From positions 2,640,001-2,672,000 of the forward strand of contig NC_007517.1 of the NCBI RefSeq assembly GCF_000012925.1: a stretch of DNA of 32,000 nucleotides, read 5' to 3'. Positions 22,074 to 31,622 of this stretch are shown one piece after another (positions within the stretch are counted from its first letter, which is position 1; every line of letters starts with the position of its first letter). The notes under the pieces were generated by a model that searched no databases, was not told the origin of the DNA, and saw nothing but the letters and a program-made list of their open reading frames with translations. The translations under genes were made by a program, and so were the position numbers. The stretch is from Geobacter metallireducens GS-15 (GTDB taxonomy: Bacteria > Desulfobacterota > Desulfuromonadia > Geobacterales > Geobacteraceae).

Positions 22074-23111
22074 TCAGGCTCCTTGTTTCTCTTCCAGTTC
22101 CCTGACCCGCTTCTCCAGTTCGGCGATCGTCTTCCTCAGTTCAGGGAGTTTCGGCACCACCGCAGACGCTCGGAGCCAATCCCGGTGGTTGAAGGCAGGG
22201 ATGCCGCTCACCATGGAACCGGCGGGGATATTGCCGGGAATGCCCGACTTGGCCCCCACCATGGAGTTGTCGCCGATTTCCAGGTGTCCCGCAACCCCCA
22301 CCTGGCCGGCGAGGGTCACGCGCCTGCCGAGCTTTGTACTGCCGGAAATCCCCACCTGGGAGACGATTGTACAGTTTTCGCCGATCACACAGTTATGGGC
22401 TATCATGACGAGGTTGTCGATCTTGGTCCCCCGCCCGATGCGGGTAGCGGCAAGGGCCGCCCGGTCGATGGTGGTGTTGGCGCCGACCTCCACATCATCC
22501 TCAATGACAACGATCCCCAGTTGAGGGATCTTGTAGAAACCATCGCCGTCCGGGGCGTAACCGAAACCATCGGAACCGATGATGGTACCGGCATGGATTG
22601 TAACCCGGTTCCCGATGCGGCACCCCTGGTAGACGACAACGTTGGAGTGGAGCGTCACATCGCTGCCCAGGGTGACCCCTTCATAGATGACAACACCCGG
22701 AAAGATCGTCACCCGGTCCCCGAGCGTTACGCCGTCTCCCACGAAGGCTCCGGGATAGATGGTGACGTCGCTCCCCATGGCGACGTTGTGGCCCACCAGC
22801 GCCCCCTCCATAACCCCTTGGGGCTTCCGTGGCGCGACATGGAACAACGTGAGCAGCTTGGCAAAGGCCAGGTAGGGGTTCGCCACGTGGATCGCGTTTC
22901 TGCCGTGGCGCTCGCCCCCCGGCGGCAGCACCACTGCGCCGGCTCCGGTTGTGGCAACCTTTGGCGCGTAGCGGGGATTGGCGAGGAAGGTAATCTGGTG
23001 ATCGGCGGCATCGTCAAGGCTTGCAACGCCGGATATCGTCTTGGACTCGTCACCGGCAACGGTGCCGCCGAGGTATTCGGCAAGTTCCCTGAGGGTTCGC
23101 GAGACCGCCAT
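22074..23111 (-). CDS. lpxD: UDP-3-O-acylglucosamine N-acyltransferase
   Basis: [21 protein letters not shown], extended hexapeptide repeats, and a C-terminal coiled-coil [17 protein letters not shown]. Confidence 0.9.
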   Translation of the reverse strand: MAVSRTLRELAEYLGGTVAGDESKTISGVASLDDAADHQITFLANPRYAPKVATTGAGAVVLPPGGERHGRNAIHVANPYLAFAKLLTLFHVAPRKPQGVMEGALVGHNVAMGSDVTIYPGAFVGDGVTLGDRVTIFPGVVIYEGVTLGSDVTLHSNVVVYQGCRIGNRVTIHAGTIIGSDGFGYAPDGDGFYKIPQLGIVVIEDDVEVGANTTIDRAALAATRIGRGTKIDNLVMIAHNCVIGENCTIVSQVGISGSTKLGRRVTLAGQVGVAGHLEIGDNSMVGAKSGIPGNIPAGSMVSGIPAFNHRDWLRASAVVPKLPELRKTIAELEKRVRELEEKQGA

Positions 23112-23114
23112 GGG

Positions 23115-23636
23115 CTACTTCTTCCGCGACGCGTTGAAGAGCTTGAGGATTTCGTCGGTCACGTCAGCCTTGTCATCCACATAGATCATCCCTTCATTCC
23201 GAATAAAGATGAAGGAGTAGCCGTTCTTCCTGCCGTAGTCCTGAACGACCTTCTCAAGCTCTTCAATGATCTTCTTGGTGAACTCCTCGTCCTTGGTCTG
23301 GAGCTCGTCTTGGGCGTCCTTCGTGAACCGCTGGAACTCCTTGAGTTTCTGCTGGTAGTCCTTTTCTTTGTTGCTGCGGGCAGCCTCGGAAAGGAGGACA
23401 CTCTGTTTCTCAAGGTCGTCCTTGAGCTTTTTAAGCTCCTCCTGCTTGGTATTGATCTCGTCCTGGTACTTCTTGACCTTGGCGGCAAGCTGCTCCTTGG
23501 CCTCCTTGCCGGACTCGGAGAGATTGAGGGCCTTCTGCATGTCGATGTAACCGAGTTTGCCGCCGTCAGCCCCAAAGGCCACGGAAGCGAGCACCAGAGA
23601 ACCCACGATGGATGCAACCGTAACGAATCTTTTCAT
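23115..23636 (-). CDS. skp: Periplasmic chaperone Skp/OmpH
   Basis: Signal peptide MKRFVTVASIVGSLVLASVAFGA, then a Lys/Glu-rich coiled-coil. Lies between bamA and lpxD. Confidence 0.85.
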   Translation of the reverse strand: MKRFVTVASIVGSLVLASVAFGADGGKLGYIDMQKALNLSESGKEAKEQLAAKVKKYQDEINTKQEELKKLKDDLEKQSVLLSEAARSNKEKDYQQKLKEFQRFTKDAQDELQTKDEEFTKKIIEELEKVVQDYGRKNGYSFIFIRNEGMIYVDDKADVTDEILKLFNASRKK

Positions 23637-23699
23637 TTGTTTCTTCCTTTCGTGCCGTAATACTGCGATTCAAATCGTATGGGCCAGCGGCCCGTACTG

Positions 23700-25958
23700 T
23701 CAGAAGAAGCTTCCGATGGAGAACTCGAACTTGCCACTGGTCTTGTCGATGCCATCCCTGGGGTTGATGGGGATGCCGTACTCGAGGCGCAGCGGTCCAA
23801 GCGGCGATACCCAGCGGATACCTGCGCCGTAGCTCATGCGAAAACTGGAGAACATGGTGTCGCCCGTGTCATAGACGTTGCCGGCATCAAAGAACGCGAC
23901 CCCCTTGAGCCCGGCATCCTTGAGAAGCGGGAACGTGTATTCCAGGTTGAAAACGGCTTCCTTGTCCCCACCGATGAACGCCGCCTCGCCGGTAGAAGTT
24001 CTCTTGTAGGGGCTGATGCTCCGCCCCTCGTAGCCACGGATCGTGTTGATCCCGCCGGCGAAGAAACGTTCGTCGATCGGAACATCCTTGCCGATGCCCT
24101 GGATGTAACCAAGTGCGCCCCTGAGGCTGAGGACCGTGCTCCACTTCATGGGGAAGAACAATGATGTATCACCGAAGTAGCGGATGAAGCGGCTGGTGCC
24201 CCCCAAACCGGCGACCTCGATGGAGATGTTGTTCACCATCCCCGTGGTCGGGTCGAGCCGGTAGTCGGTGGTGTCACGGGTGAGGCTCGCGGTGATGGAG
24301 CTGGTGGTGGACGTGGTTTCGGGGATTATATCCTCACTCGACACATTGACGTCGAATATCTTCTTGTCCTCGTACTTGTACATCCAGAGGGTCCGCATGG
24401 TGTCGCTCAACGGATACCCCGCCTTGATGTCGCCACCCGTGGCGCGCCGCGTAAAGTCGAGGTAGTCCCGCTCGGTGCGGTAAATGTCAGCGCCCACCGT
24501 CCAGCGGGTATCGAGGAAATAGGGGTCCGTGAGCCCCACGTTATAGGTAGAGGACTTGCCGCCGATGGAGGCGGCGAGGTTCGCCTTGAGACCGAGCCCC
24601 AGGAAGTTCCCCTGGGAAACCGAGCCCTGGCCGATGAGACCATCAAGGGAACTATAGCCGGCGCCGATACTGAACGTCCCGGTCGGCTTCTCCTTCACCT
24701 CCACGTTCACATCGAGCTTGTTGTCGGCACTCCCTTTCGCGGTGGCAATGTTCACTTCCTCGAAGAAACCGAGATTCATGAGACTCTGCTTGCTCTTCTT
24801 GAGTCCGGTGCTGCTGTAAGCATCCCCCTCGACAAGCTTGATCTCTCGACGCAGGACCTTGTCGCGGGTCTTGGTGTTGCCGATGACATTTATCCGGTCG
24901 ATAAAAACCTTTTCCCCCTTCTCGAAATCAAAGGTTATGTCAACGGTCTTCTTGTCGGCGTTTATCTTGGAAAGGGGGGTAACGTTGGTGAAGGCGTACC
25001 CCTTGTCGGCATAGAGGTCCGTGAGAGCGAGCACGTCAGCTCGCAGGTTCGCGCGGTTGAACGTCTCGCCAGTCTTGACCCGAAGCCCCAGGCCGAGCAC
25101 GTCCTCCTTCTCCAGGAGGTCTCCCTTGAACCCGATGGAACCGGTCTTGTACTGATCCCCTTCGGTGATGCCGATGGTAACGGCAAGACCGCTGCGATCC
25201 TCCAGGACCTTGACGTCGGGCTCTCCAACTTTCACGTTCACGTAGCCGTTGTTGAAGTAGAGGTCGGCAATGAGATTCACGTCGTTCTTGAGGACTTCGT
25301 CCTTATAGGTTCCGGCGCCGGTGAGCCAGGACAGAAACCATTTCTCCTTGGTCTCCATGACGCCACGGAGCTTCTTGTCGGGGAAGGCCTTGTTACCCTC
25401 GAACCGGATCGCTTTGATGAGGACCTTTTCCCCTTCGGTGATGGCGACGACCACTCTGACGTCGTTGCCGGAACGTTTCTCGCCCTTTACATCGACTTCG
25501 GCCAGGTAATACCCCTCGTCGGCGTACAGTTTCTTTACCTTCTTGGCGCTCAGAGTCAGTTCTTTCTGCGAGAATATGGTGTTGGTTTTCAGGCCGAGGG
25601 CCTCTCGCACCTTATCGGTGGAGATTTGCTTTGCCCCGTCGATCTTGATCTCGCGAATGATCGGCTTCTCGACGACCGTATAAACGAGAACAACGCCGCC
25701 GTCCGATTTCTCCGTGTCGGCCTTCACATCCTGAAACTGCCCCAGCCGATAGATGGCACGGATGTCCGCGTCAACCTTCTCCACGTAGAAAAGGTCGCCC
25801 GCCTTAAGCGTTACGGCATTGAGTATGGCCGCAGCGTCGATTCTCCGGTTGCCCCTCACCTGAACGTCGGAGATTTTCTCCCCTTCGGCAAAGGCCCCTT
25901 GGGCAGCGAGAACGACTGCCGCGGCGATACCAACTCTAGTTGCATGTAACCGAATCAC
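23700..25958 (-). CDS. bamA: Outer membrane protein assembly factor BamA (Omp85 family)
   Basis: Signal peptide, POTRA repeats (ISDVQVRGNRRIDAAAILNAV..., IKAIRFEGNKAF...) and a C-terminal beta-barrel ending GKFEFSIGSFF. GTG start at 25958. Confidence 0.95.
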   Translation of the reverse strand: MIRLHATRVGIAAAVVLAAQGAFAEGEKISDVQVRGNRRIDAAAILNAVTLKAGDLFYVEKVDADIRAIYRLGQFQDVKADTEKSDGGVVLVYTVVEKPIIREIKIDGAKQISTDKVREALGLKTNTIFSQKELTLSAKKVKKLYADEGYYLAEVDVKGEKRSGNDVRVVVAITEGEKVLIKAIRFEGNKAFPDKKLRGVMETKEKWFLSWLTGAGTYKDEVLKNDVNLIADLYFNNGYVNVKVGEPDVKVLEDRSGLAVTIGITEGDQYKTGSIGFKGDLLEKEDVLGLGLRVKTGETFNRANLRADVLALTDLYADKGYAFTNVTPLSKINADKKTVDITFDFEKGEKVFIDRINVIGNTKTRDKVLRREIKLVEGDAYSSTGLKKSKQSLMNLGFFEEVNIATAKGSADNKLDVNVEVKEKPTGTFSIGAGYSSLDGLIGQGSVSQGNFLGLGLKANLAASIGGKSSTYNVGLTDPYFLDTRWTVGADIYRTERDYLDFTRRATGGDIKAGYPLSDTMRTLWMYKYEDKKIFDVNVSSEDIIPETTSTTSSITASLTRDTTDYRLDPTTGMVNNISIEVAGLGGTSRFIRYFGDTSLFFPMKWSTVLSLRGALGYIQGIGKDVPIDERFFAGGINTIRGYEGRSISPYKRTSTGEAAFIGGDKEAVFNLEYTFPLLKDAGLKGVAFFDAGNVYDTGDTMFSSFRMSYGAGIRWVSPLGPLRLEYGIPINPRDGIDKTSGKFEFSIGSFF

Positions 25959-26006
25959 TTCTCCCCCGGGAGAATGGAATGTACAGCTGTATATGCGCCG
26001 ATTGCG

Positions 26007-26684
26007 TTAATCGGCAACGACCCGGCCGTCCACCAGACGGACCGTCCGCCCCATGTAAGATGCGAGTTTCTCGTTGTGGGTAACGATGACGAGCGTCACC
26101 CCCCGCTTCCGGTGAACACGCTCAAGGGTTTCATGCACTTCGTCACTGGTCTTCATGTCGAGGTTGCCGGTCGGTTCGTCAGCCAGAAGAAGCTTTGGAG
26201 AGAGAACCAGCGCCCTGGCAATGGCGACCCGTTGCTGCTCCCCTCCCGAGAGTTCACCCGGTTTATGGGTAAGACGATGCGCAAGCCCGACCTCCCCAAG
26301 AAGCTCCCTGGCCGGCGCTGCTGCATCAGAGCGCTTAACGCCGGCAATGAGCAGCGGCATCATGACATTCTCAAGGGCCGTGAACTCCGGCAGCAGGTGA
26401 TGGAACTGGAACACAAAGCCGATGGAGTGGTTCCTGAACGAGGCCAGGGCCGCATCACCCAACCGGAAGACATCCTCTCCCCCGAAGCGCACACTGCCCG
26501 AAGTCGGTCGGTCAAGGGTTCCCATGATGTGGAGAAGCGTACTCTTCCCCGTCCCCGAAGCCCCGACGAGGGCGATGGTTTCGCCTTCGGCCACGGTCAG
26601 GTTTATCCCCTTCAGAACATCGACTCGGGTTTCCCCGGAACCGTAACCCTTCGTGAGATCCATCACCTCAAGGAGACTACTCAT
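26007..26684 (-). CDS. lolD: Lipoprotein-releasing ABC transporter ATP-binding protein
   Basis: Walker [10 protein letters not shown], signature [15 protein letters not shown], Walker [13 protein letters not shown]. 8-nt overlap with the upstream LolC/E-family permease gene. Confidence 0.8.
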   Translation of the reverse strand: MSSLLEVMDLTKGYGSGETRVDVLKGINLTVAEGETIALVGASGTGKSTLLHIMGTLDRPTSGSVRFGGEDVFRLGDAALASFRNHSIGFVFQFHHLLPEFTALENVMMPLLIAGVKRSDAAAPARELLGEVGLAHRLTHKPGELSGGEQQRVAIARALVLSPKLLLADEPTGNLDMKTSDEVHETLERVHRKRGVTLVIVTHNEKLASYMGRTVRLVDGRVVAD

Positions 26685-27948
26685 AGCGCAGCGCCTCCGC
26701 AGGCGGCAGCTTCGACGCCTGCCAGGACGGGTAGAGGGTCGCCACGAGCGATATGAGTACCGCCGTCACGGAAATCAGGACAACGTCGGAAAGGACCACC
26801 CGGGAAGGGAAGTGATCCAGATAATAGACATCCTTACTAAAGAGTTCGAAACCGGTCACCTTCTGCACGACGCCGACGATCGGTTCCAGATTGTAGGCCA
26901 CGAGGAGGCCACCGATGACCCCGATGACAGTCCCGGAAATCCCTATTATGAGGCCCTCCAGCACGAAAATCTTCATGATGCTTCGTCCCGTGGCCCCCAT
27001 GGACTTGAGGATCGCAATGTCCTTCGTCTTTTCCAGAACCACCATGAAGAGCGTCGAGGCAATGCCGAAGGCAGCGACCAGCACGATCAGGGTCAGAATG
27101 ACGAACATTACCATCTTTTCCGTCTTCAACGCAAAAAGAATGTTCTTGTTCATCTGCATCCAGTCCCGAGCATGGAAGGGGAAGCCGAGCTCGCGGTCGA
27201 TTTTTCGTACCAGCTCTCCGGTACGATAGACATCCTGCACCCGGAGCTGAATGCCGGTGGCGGCGTGACCGAGGGAGAGGAACTCCTGGGCCTCTGAGAG
27301 CCCCACATAGGCGAGGGTGGAATCATACTCGAACATGCCGGTATTGAAGAGCCCCACGACACGGAACTGCTTCATCTTAGGTACCATGCCGAGGGGTGTT
27401 ATGTTGCCGAGGGGGGAAATGACGTTGACCGTGTCGCCGGGGTAAATATTGAGGGAACGGGCAAGCTCCCGACCGATGATGATGCCCGGCTTGGGAGGCT
27501 CCGGGGTCGCGAGAGGAAGGGGCGAACGCTCCAGGTCTCCGAGCTTACCCTCCACAAGTGATCGGTAAAGATTGGTTACCAGGGGATCGGTCTTGACGTC
27601 GATGCCACGGAGCACCACGCCGGAGACATTGGAGCCGGTGGAAAGCATGACCTGGCTGTAAATAAACGGGGTGGCGGCCACAACCCCCTTCATCTTCTTG
27701 AGCCGCTCCATGATGGCGGGATAGTCTTCCATGGTGCCGCTGGACTTCAGGACCACCACGTGGGCGTTGGTTCCGAGGATCTTTTCCTTCAGATCCTCCT
27801 CGAAACCGGTCATAACCGCCAGCACGACAATGAGAGCCATTACCCCGAGGGCGACTCCGGCGGTGGAGATAAAGGTGATGATCGATATGAAGGTCGACTT
27901 CCGCTTTGCCTTGAGGTAGCGGAGGCCAATAAAGAGTTCGTAGGACAT
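26677..27948 (-). CDS. LolC/LolE-family lipoprotein-releasing system permease (FtsX/MacB-type fold)
   Basis: [36 protein letters not shown], a large periplasmic loop, and a C-terminal FtsX-type 3-TM bundle ending [17 protein letters not shown]. Confidence 0.8.
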   Translation of the reverse strand: MSYELFIGLRYLKAKRKSTFISIITFISTAGVALGVMALIVVLAVMTGFEEDLKEKILGTNAHVVVLKSSGTMEDYPAIMERLKKMKGVVAATPFIYSQVMLSTGSNVSGVVLRGIDVKTDPLVTNLYRSLVEGKLGDLERSPLPLATPEPPKPGIIIGRELARSLNIYPGDTVNVISPLGNITPLGMVPKMKQFRVVGLFNTGMFEYDSTLAYVGLSEAQEFLSLGHAATGIQLRVQDVYRTGELVRKIDRELGFPFHARDWMQMNKNILFALKTEKMVMFVILTLIVLVAAFGIASTLFMVVLEKTKDIAILKSMGATGRSIMKIFVLEGLIIGISGTVIGVIGGLLVAYNLEPIVGVVQKVTGFELFSKDVYYLDHFPSRVVLSDVVLISVTAVLISLVATLYPSWQASKLPPAEALRYE

Positions 27949-27974
27949 TTTGGATCCGGGGACTGTGGACCGGA

Positions 27975-28002
27975 AATCAGGGACCGCAGAAGGCCCCTGA
28001 TT
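27975..28002 (-). other. 8-bp stem-loop in the lysS-lolC/E spacer
   Basis: The minus strand reads AATCAGGG-(12 nt)-CCCTGATT followed by TCC. There is no real U-tract, so at best it is a processing or stability element. Confidence 0.25.
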
Positions 28003-28025
28003 CTCGATCTGCTTACGTAATCCCG

Positions 28026-29501
28026 TTATTTCTCCTTGCGAAGTTGCGGGAAGAGAATGACGTCCCGGATGGACGGGGAGTCGGTCAGGAGCATGACGAG
28101 GCGGTCGATGCCGATCCCTTCTCCGGCCGTCGGAGGCATCCCGTACTCAAGGGCGCGTATGTAGTCCTCGTCCATGTAGTGGGCCTCTTCGTCACCCTTG
28201 GCTTTCTGGGCAACCTGACCCAGGAAGCGCTCCTTCTGGTCCACGGGGTCGTTGAGCTCCGAGAAGGCATTGGCCATCTCGCGGCCGGCGCAAAAGAACT
28301 CGAAACGGTCGACGATATCGGGATCCTTGTCGCTCTTGCGTGAAAGGGGCGACACCTCCGTGGGATACGCGGTGATGAAGGTGGGCTGGATCAGCTTTAC
28401 CTCCGCCACCTCCTCGAAAATCTCGGTGATAAGCTTGCCGTAGCCCACGTCGGTCGGCAGGTCGAGCCCGATGCTCCGGGCGTAGGCATAGGCCAGGTCG
28501 CGATCTTCGAGGGATTTTGCGTCGATGTCGCCGTACTCGAGGATCGCCTCCTTCACGGTAAGCCGCTTCCAGGGACGCTGGAAGCTGATCTCCACCCCCT
28601 GATAGGTGAAGTCGAGGGTTCCGAGCACCTCCTGGGTCACGTGACAGAGAAGCTCCTCGGTGAAATCCATCAGGTCCTCGAAGGTGGCGTAGGCCTGGTA
28701 GAACTCCATCATGGTAAACTCCGGGTTGTGACGGACCGAAATTCCCTCATTGCGGAAGTTGCGGTTAATCTCGAAGACCCGTTCGAACCCTCCGACCACC
28801 AGACGCTTGAGATAGAGCTCCGGCGCGATGCGGAGAAAAAGCTCCATGTCGAGGGCGTTGTGGTGGGTAACGAAGGGACGGGCCGTGGCTCCTCCGGGAA
28901 TCGGCTGCATCATGGGCGTTTCCACTTCGAGGAAGTCGTGACGCACCATGAATTCGCGGATCAGGTTGACGATCCGGGAGCGCTTGATGAAGACCTCCCG
29001 CACCTCGGGATTCACGATCAGGTCAACGTAGCGCTGGCGATATCGGGTCTCGACATCGGTGAGACCGTGGAATTTCTCCGGAAGAGGAAGGAACGATTTG
29101 GTGAGGAGCCTGACCTCGCTCGCGTTAAGGGAGAGCTCGCCGGTCTTGGTGCGGAAGGGGGTGCCGGTGGCGCCGATAATGTCGCCGATATCGAAGGACT
29201 CAAAGGCTTCATAGGCCTCGTCACCGAGAGTGTCCTTGCGCACGTAGAGCTGTATGCGCCCCTTGCGGTCCTGGAGCTGGACGAAGGCGGCCTTGCCGAA
29301 GGAGCGGCGAGCAATGATCCGACCGGCCACCACAAAGGGGTCTGCCCCCTCTTCTATAATCTCGCACTTTCCATACGCAGCCACCACGTCCGCCGATGTG
29401 TGCCGGGGTTTATAGTCATTGGGGTAGGGGTTGATCCCTGCCTCCCAGAGGGCATCGACCTTGCGCCGCCTTTGAAGCAGCAATTCGCTCAGTTCTTCCA
29501 T
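28026..29501 (-). CDS. lysS: Lysine--tRNA ligase, class II
   Basis: OB anticodon-binding domain (GRIIARRSFGKAAFVQLQD), class II motifs FLEVETPMM and ELYLKRLVVGGFERVFEINRNFRNEG, and the C-terminal GIGIDRLVMLLT. Confidence 0.95.
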   Translation of the reverse strand: MEELSELLLQRRRKVDALWEAGINPYPNDYKPRHTSADVVAAYGKCEIIEEGADPFVVAGRIIARRSFGKAAFVQLQDRKGRIQLYVRKDTLGDEAYEAFESFDIGDIIGATGTPFRTKTGELSLNASEVRLLTKSFLPLPEKFHGLTDVETRYRQRYVDLIVNPEVREVFIKRSRIVNLIREFMVRHDFLEVETPMMQPIPGGATARPFVTHHNALDMELFLRIAPELYLKRLVVGGFERVFEINRNFRNEGISVRHNPEFTMMEFYQAYATFEDLMDFTEELLCHVTQEVLGTLDFTYQGVEISFQRPWKRLTVKEAILEYGDIDAKSLEDRDLAYAYARSIGLDLPTDVGYGKLITEIFEEVAEVKLIQPTFITAYPTEVSPLSRKSDKDPDIVDRFEFFCAGREMANAFSELNDPVDQKERFLGQVAQKAKGDEEAHYMDEDYIRALEYGMPPTAGEGIGIDRLVMLLTDSPSIRDVILFPQLRKEK

Positions 29502-29554
29502 GTGACGTGTAATCCCTTTCTCTGTGCCGGTTTCGACCGGTTTAACAAACCCGC

Positions 29555-29583
29555 AAATTAGCCCACGGGCAAAGCCAAGTCAA
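29555..29583 (-). promoter_or_regulatory. Candidate sigma70-type promoter for lysS
   Basis: The minus strand reads TTGACT-17 nt-TAATTT, located between the upstream terminator and the lysS ATG (29501). Confidence 0.3.
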
Positions 29584-29589
29584 GATAAA

Positions 29590-29615
29590 ACCGGGAACTT
29601 TCGGGAGATCCCGGT
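29590..29615 (-). terminator. Rho-independent terminator after the DUF4139-like gene
   Basis: The minus strand reads ACCGGGATCT-CCCGAA-AGTTCCCGGT followed by TTTATC. The stem is 9 bp with one T-T mismatch. It lies 9 nt after the stop at 29624. Confidence 0.5.
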
Positions 29616-29623
29616 GCCAGTCC

Positions 29624-30604
29624 TTACTCCTGAAGCCTTCCCGCCACAACATCTTTCAACTCTCCGGACGAACTCCCCTCGAAGCGGACCGCCCCCAGAT
29701 ACTCTCCGTTCAGGTAGCAGGCACCGCCACCTGCCATGAGACGCTCGCCGGTCGTGTTTCTGAAGGCGAAGCTCACCCCGCTCTGGGGAGCCCGGAAGGG
29801 CTCTTCTCTCTCAACGGGGAGAGAAAATCTGGCAACCGGCGCGAGGTTGGAGGAAACGGAAACTGCCTGGACATCCGGGGTCGCATCAACGACATTCTGG
29901 GCCACGACCGACACCTTGTCCCGCTGGACGCCAGGAAGCTGAGCCTTAACCGTTACCTCAACCATACCGTTCCCCCTGAGTCTGAAATCGTAGAAAGGGG
30001 TCCAACCGGTTCCCGTGGTGAGAAAACTGTAGGAAGCGCTTCCCTTTCCAGAGAGCCATACGCGAGCCACGCTTCCGCCGATTCCCCCTTCCTTCTTCAG
30101 GGCTTCGATGCGGGCATCGACCGTCTTGAGCCCCTCCTCTGCGCGGCGACGCCCACGGTAGACCTCCTCCAGTTGGGTCACGGCGTAGTCGGTCCCTTTT
30201 CTGATGGTGTCGAGGGGCTGGGGATTATTCTTAGTCTTACGGGGGGCTTTACTGCTCTGGGATTTGGCTGCGGCCTTGAAAATCTCCTGGCGGACGTCCA
30301 GGGCCTTCAACCGGTCTTCCAGGGTGCGGCGCCGTTCCATGAGATCCTTCATCTCTTTTTCAGCCTTGGAGTCAGGCCGTGCGGGGACAACATCCACCCG
30401 CGCTACAGGCACTGACCCTGCGGGGCGTACTCGAAACGAGCCGGGGATGTAGTTGCCGGGGAGTGGCAGCTCCAGGTACCCTTTGGGGGCTGAAGCCACA
30501 CCTTCGACCCGAGTGCCATCAAGGAAGTAGGTTACGTTTTTAGAAGCCGCAACCGCAGGTGACACAACCACAAATAGCATGACCGCAACGATCAGAAACC
30601 GCAT
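29624..30604 (-). CDS. Secreted hypothetical protein, DUF4139/DUF4140-like (MuiA-family-like) with a central coiled-coil
   Basis: Signal peptide MRFLIVAVMLFVVVSPAVAA, a charged coiled-coil (KEMKDLMERRRTLEDRLKALDVRQEIF) and a YSFLTTGTGWTPFYDFRL block resembling the DUF4139 core. GGGAGGG SD. Confidence 0.45.
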   Translation of the reverse strand: MRFLIVAVMLFVVVSPAVAASKNVTYFLDGTRVEGVASAPKGYLELPLPGNYIPGSFRVRPAGSVPVARVDVVPARPDSKAEKEMKDLMERRRTLEDRLKALDVRQEIFKAAAKSQSSKAPRKTKNNPQPLDTIRKGTDYAVTQLEEVYRGRRRAEEGLKTVDARIEALKKEGGIGGSVARVWLSGKGSASYSFLTTGTGWTPFYDFRLRGNGMVEVTVKAQLPGVQRDKVSVVAQNVVDATPDVQAVSVSSNLAPVARFSLPVEREEPFRAPQSGVSFAFRNTTGERLMAGGGACYLNGEYLGAVRFEGSSSGELKDVVAGRLQE

Positions 30605-30646
30605 AAGCCCTCCCTGGCAGTTCAGTTGTGCAACATGAAGCGTCGG

Positions 30647-31120
30647 TTACTTCGCAGCCTCGAGCAGTTCCACTTCAAATATGAGGGTCGCGTTGGGGGG
30701 GATCACGCCGCCGGCCCCGGCAGCGCCATACCCGAGTTGGGCCGGCACGATGAGACGCCGTTTGCCCCCCACCTTCATGGTCATCACCCCTTCGTCCCAG
30801 CCGGGGATCACCTCGCCGGCGCCAATGGTAAAGACAAAGGGCTCGCCCCGGTCCACGGAGCTGTCGAACTTGGTGCCATTCTCGAGCCAGCCGGTATAGT
30901 GAACCTTCACGGGCTTGCCCGAGGTCGGCTGGGGGCCGTTGCCGACAACGAGATCCACGTAGGAAAGCCCCGACGGTGTCGTGACGGCTCCAGCCGGCGC
31001 CGTGGAAACGGCGGCGGGCTTGGCCTCCCCCAAGGACTTCGCGTCCTTGTCGGAACACGCGGCAATGGCAACCCCGGTGACAAAGAGAAACAGAACGAGC
31101 AACTTTTCAACGGATCTCAC
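30647..31120 (-). CDS. FKBP-type peptidyl-prolyl cis-trans isomerase, predicted lipoprotein
   Basis: Lipobox VAIAAC, and the FKBP core VKVHYTGWLENGTKFDSSVDRGEPFVFTIGAGEVIPGWDEGVMTMKVGGKRRLIVPAQLGYG...LIFEVELL. Confidence 0.85.
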   Translation of the reverse strand: MRSVEKLLVLFLFVTGVAIAACSDKDAKSLGEAKPAAVSTAPAGAVTTPSGLSYVDLVVGNGPQPTSGKPVKVHYTGWLENGTKFDSSVDRGEPFVFTIGAGEVIPGWDEGVMTMKVGGKRRLIVPAQLGYGAAGAGGVIPPNATLIFEVELLEAAK

Positions 31121-31135
31121 GTAAACCTCCCTGCT

Positions 31136-31618
31136 TCAATCAATTCCGCCCAGGCGGAGGATGTATTCCCACTCGTGTTGCGTCACCGGCTGAACCGACA
31201 GGCGGCTCCTCTTGAGAAGCACCATACCGGACAGTTCGGAATGTATCTTCATCTCGTTGAGGGTTACCGGCCGCTTCAGGGGCCGGACATACCTCACGTC
31301 AACCATGTACCAGACAGGATTGTCCCCGCCCGCCCGGGGGTCGAAGTGTTCGGCCGACGGATCCAGTGCCGTCCAGTCGGGATAGCCTTCGCTCACCACC
31401 TCGGCGATGCCGACGATGGCGGGCTCGGGGATGTTGCTGTGGTAAAAGAGAACTCCGTCACCGGGCTTGATCTCATCCCGCAAGAGATTGCGGGCCTGGA
31501 AGTTCCGCACCCCGTCCCAGTGCTCGGTGCCGTTGGGGCGCGCCTTCAAGTCATCGAAGGAGAAACAGGAAGGCTCGCTTTTGAAGAGCCAGAAACGGCG
31601 CTCGCGTATCACGGTCAT
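31136..31618 (-). CDS. EVE-domain (PUA-like, DUF55) protein
   Basis: FWLFKSEPSCFSFDDL...WDGVRNFQARNLLRDEIKPGDGVLFYHSN...IVGIAEVVSEGYPD. The likely start is ATG 31618, just after the upstream stop at 31623. Confidence 0.8.
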   Translation of the reverse strand: MTVIRERRFWLFKSEPSCFSFDDLKARPNGTEHWDGVRNFQARNLLRDEIKPGDGVLFYHSNIPEPAIVGIAEVVSEGYPDWTALDPSAEHFDPRAGGDNPVWYMVDVRYVRPLKRPVTLNEMKIHSELSGMVLLKRSRLSVQPVTQHEWEYILRLGGID

Positions 31619-31622
31619 CCTG

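Noticed and set aside
22083-23660. 525-aa plus-strand ORF
   Set aside because: It is antisense to lpxD and skp. It has no motifs and shows the shadow-frame composition (long L/E/V runs opposite the Lys/Glu-rich skp).
23640-23699. Stem-loop GTACGGGCC-GCT-GGCCCATAC between bamA and skp as a terminator
   Set aside because: It has one internal mismatch and is followed by GATTTGAATC with no U-tract. skp has a good SD immediately after it, so read-through co-transcription is more likely. It was not reported as a terminator.
27950-27990. GGGGAC/GGACC/GGGACC motifs on the plus strand, resembling the GGGACC heptads at 15841-15868, as a possible dispersed intergenic repeat family
   Set aside because: There are only two loci, in opposite orientation relative to the genes. 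The shared core is 5-6 nt, which is expected by chance in 60+% GC DNA.
29502-29554. Possible riboswitch or T-box leader upstream of lysS
   Set aside because: Only about 50 nt lies between the candidate promoter and the ATG, holding just a 5-bp CCGGT/ACCGG hairpin. This is far too short for a T-box or L-box, and no conserved core motifs are present.
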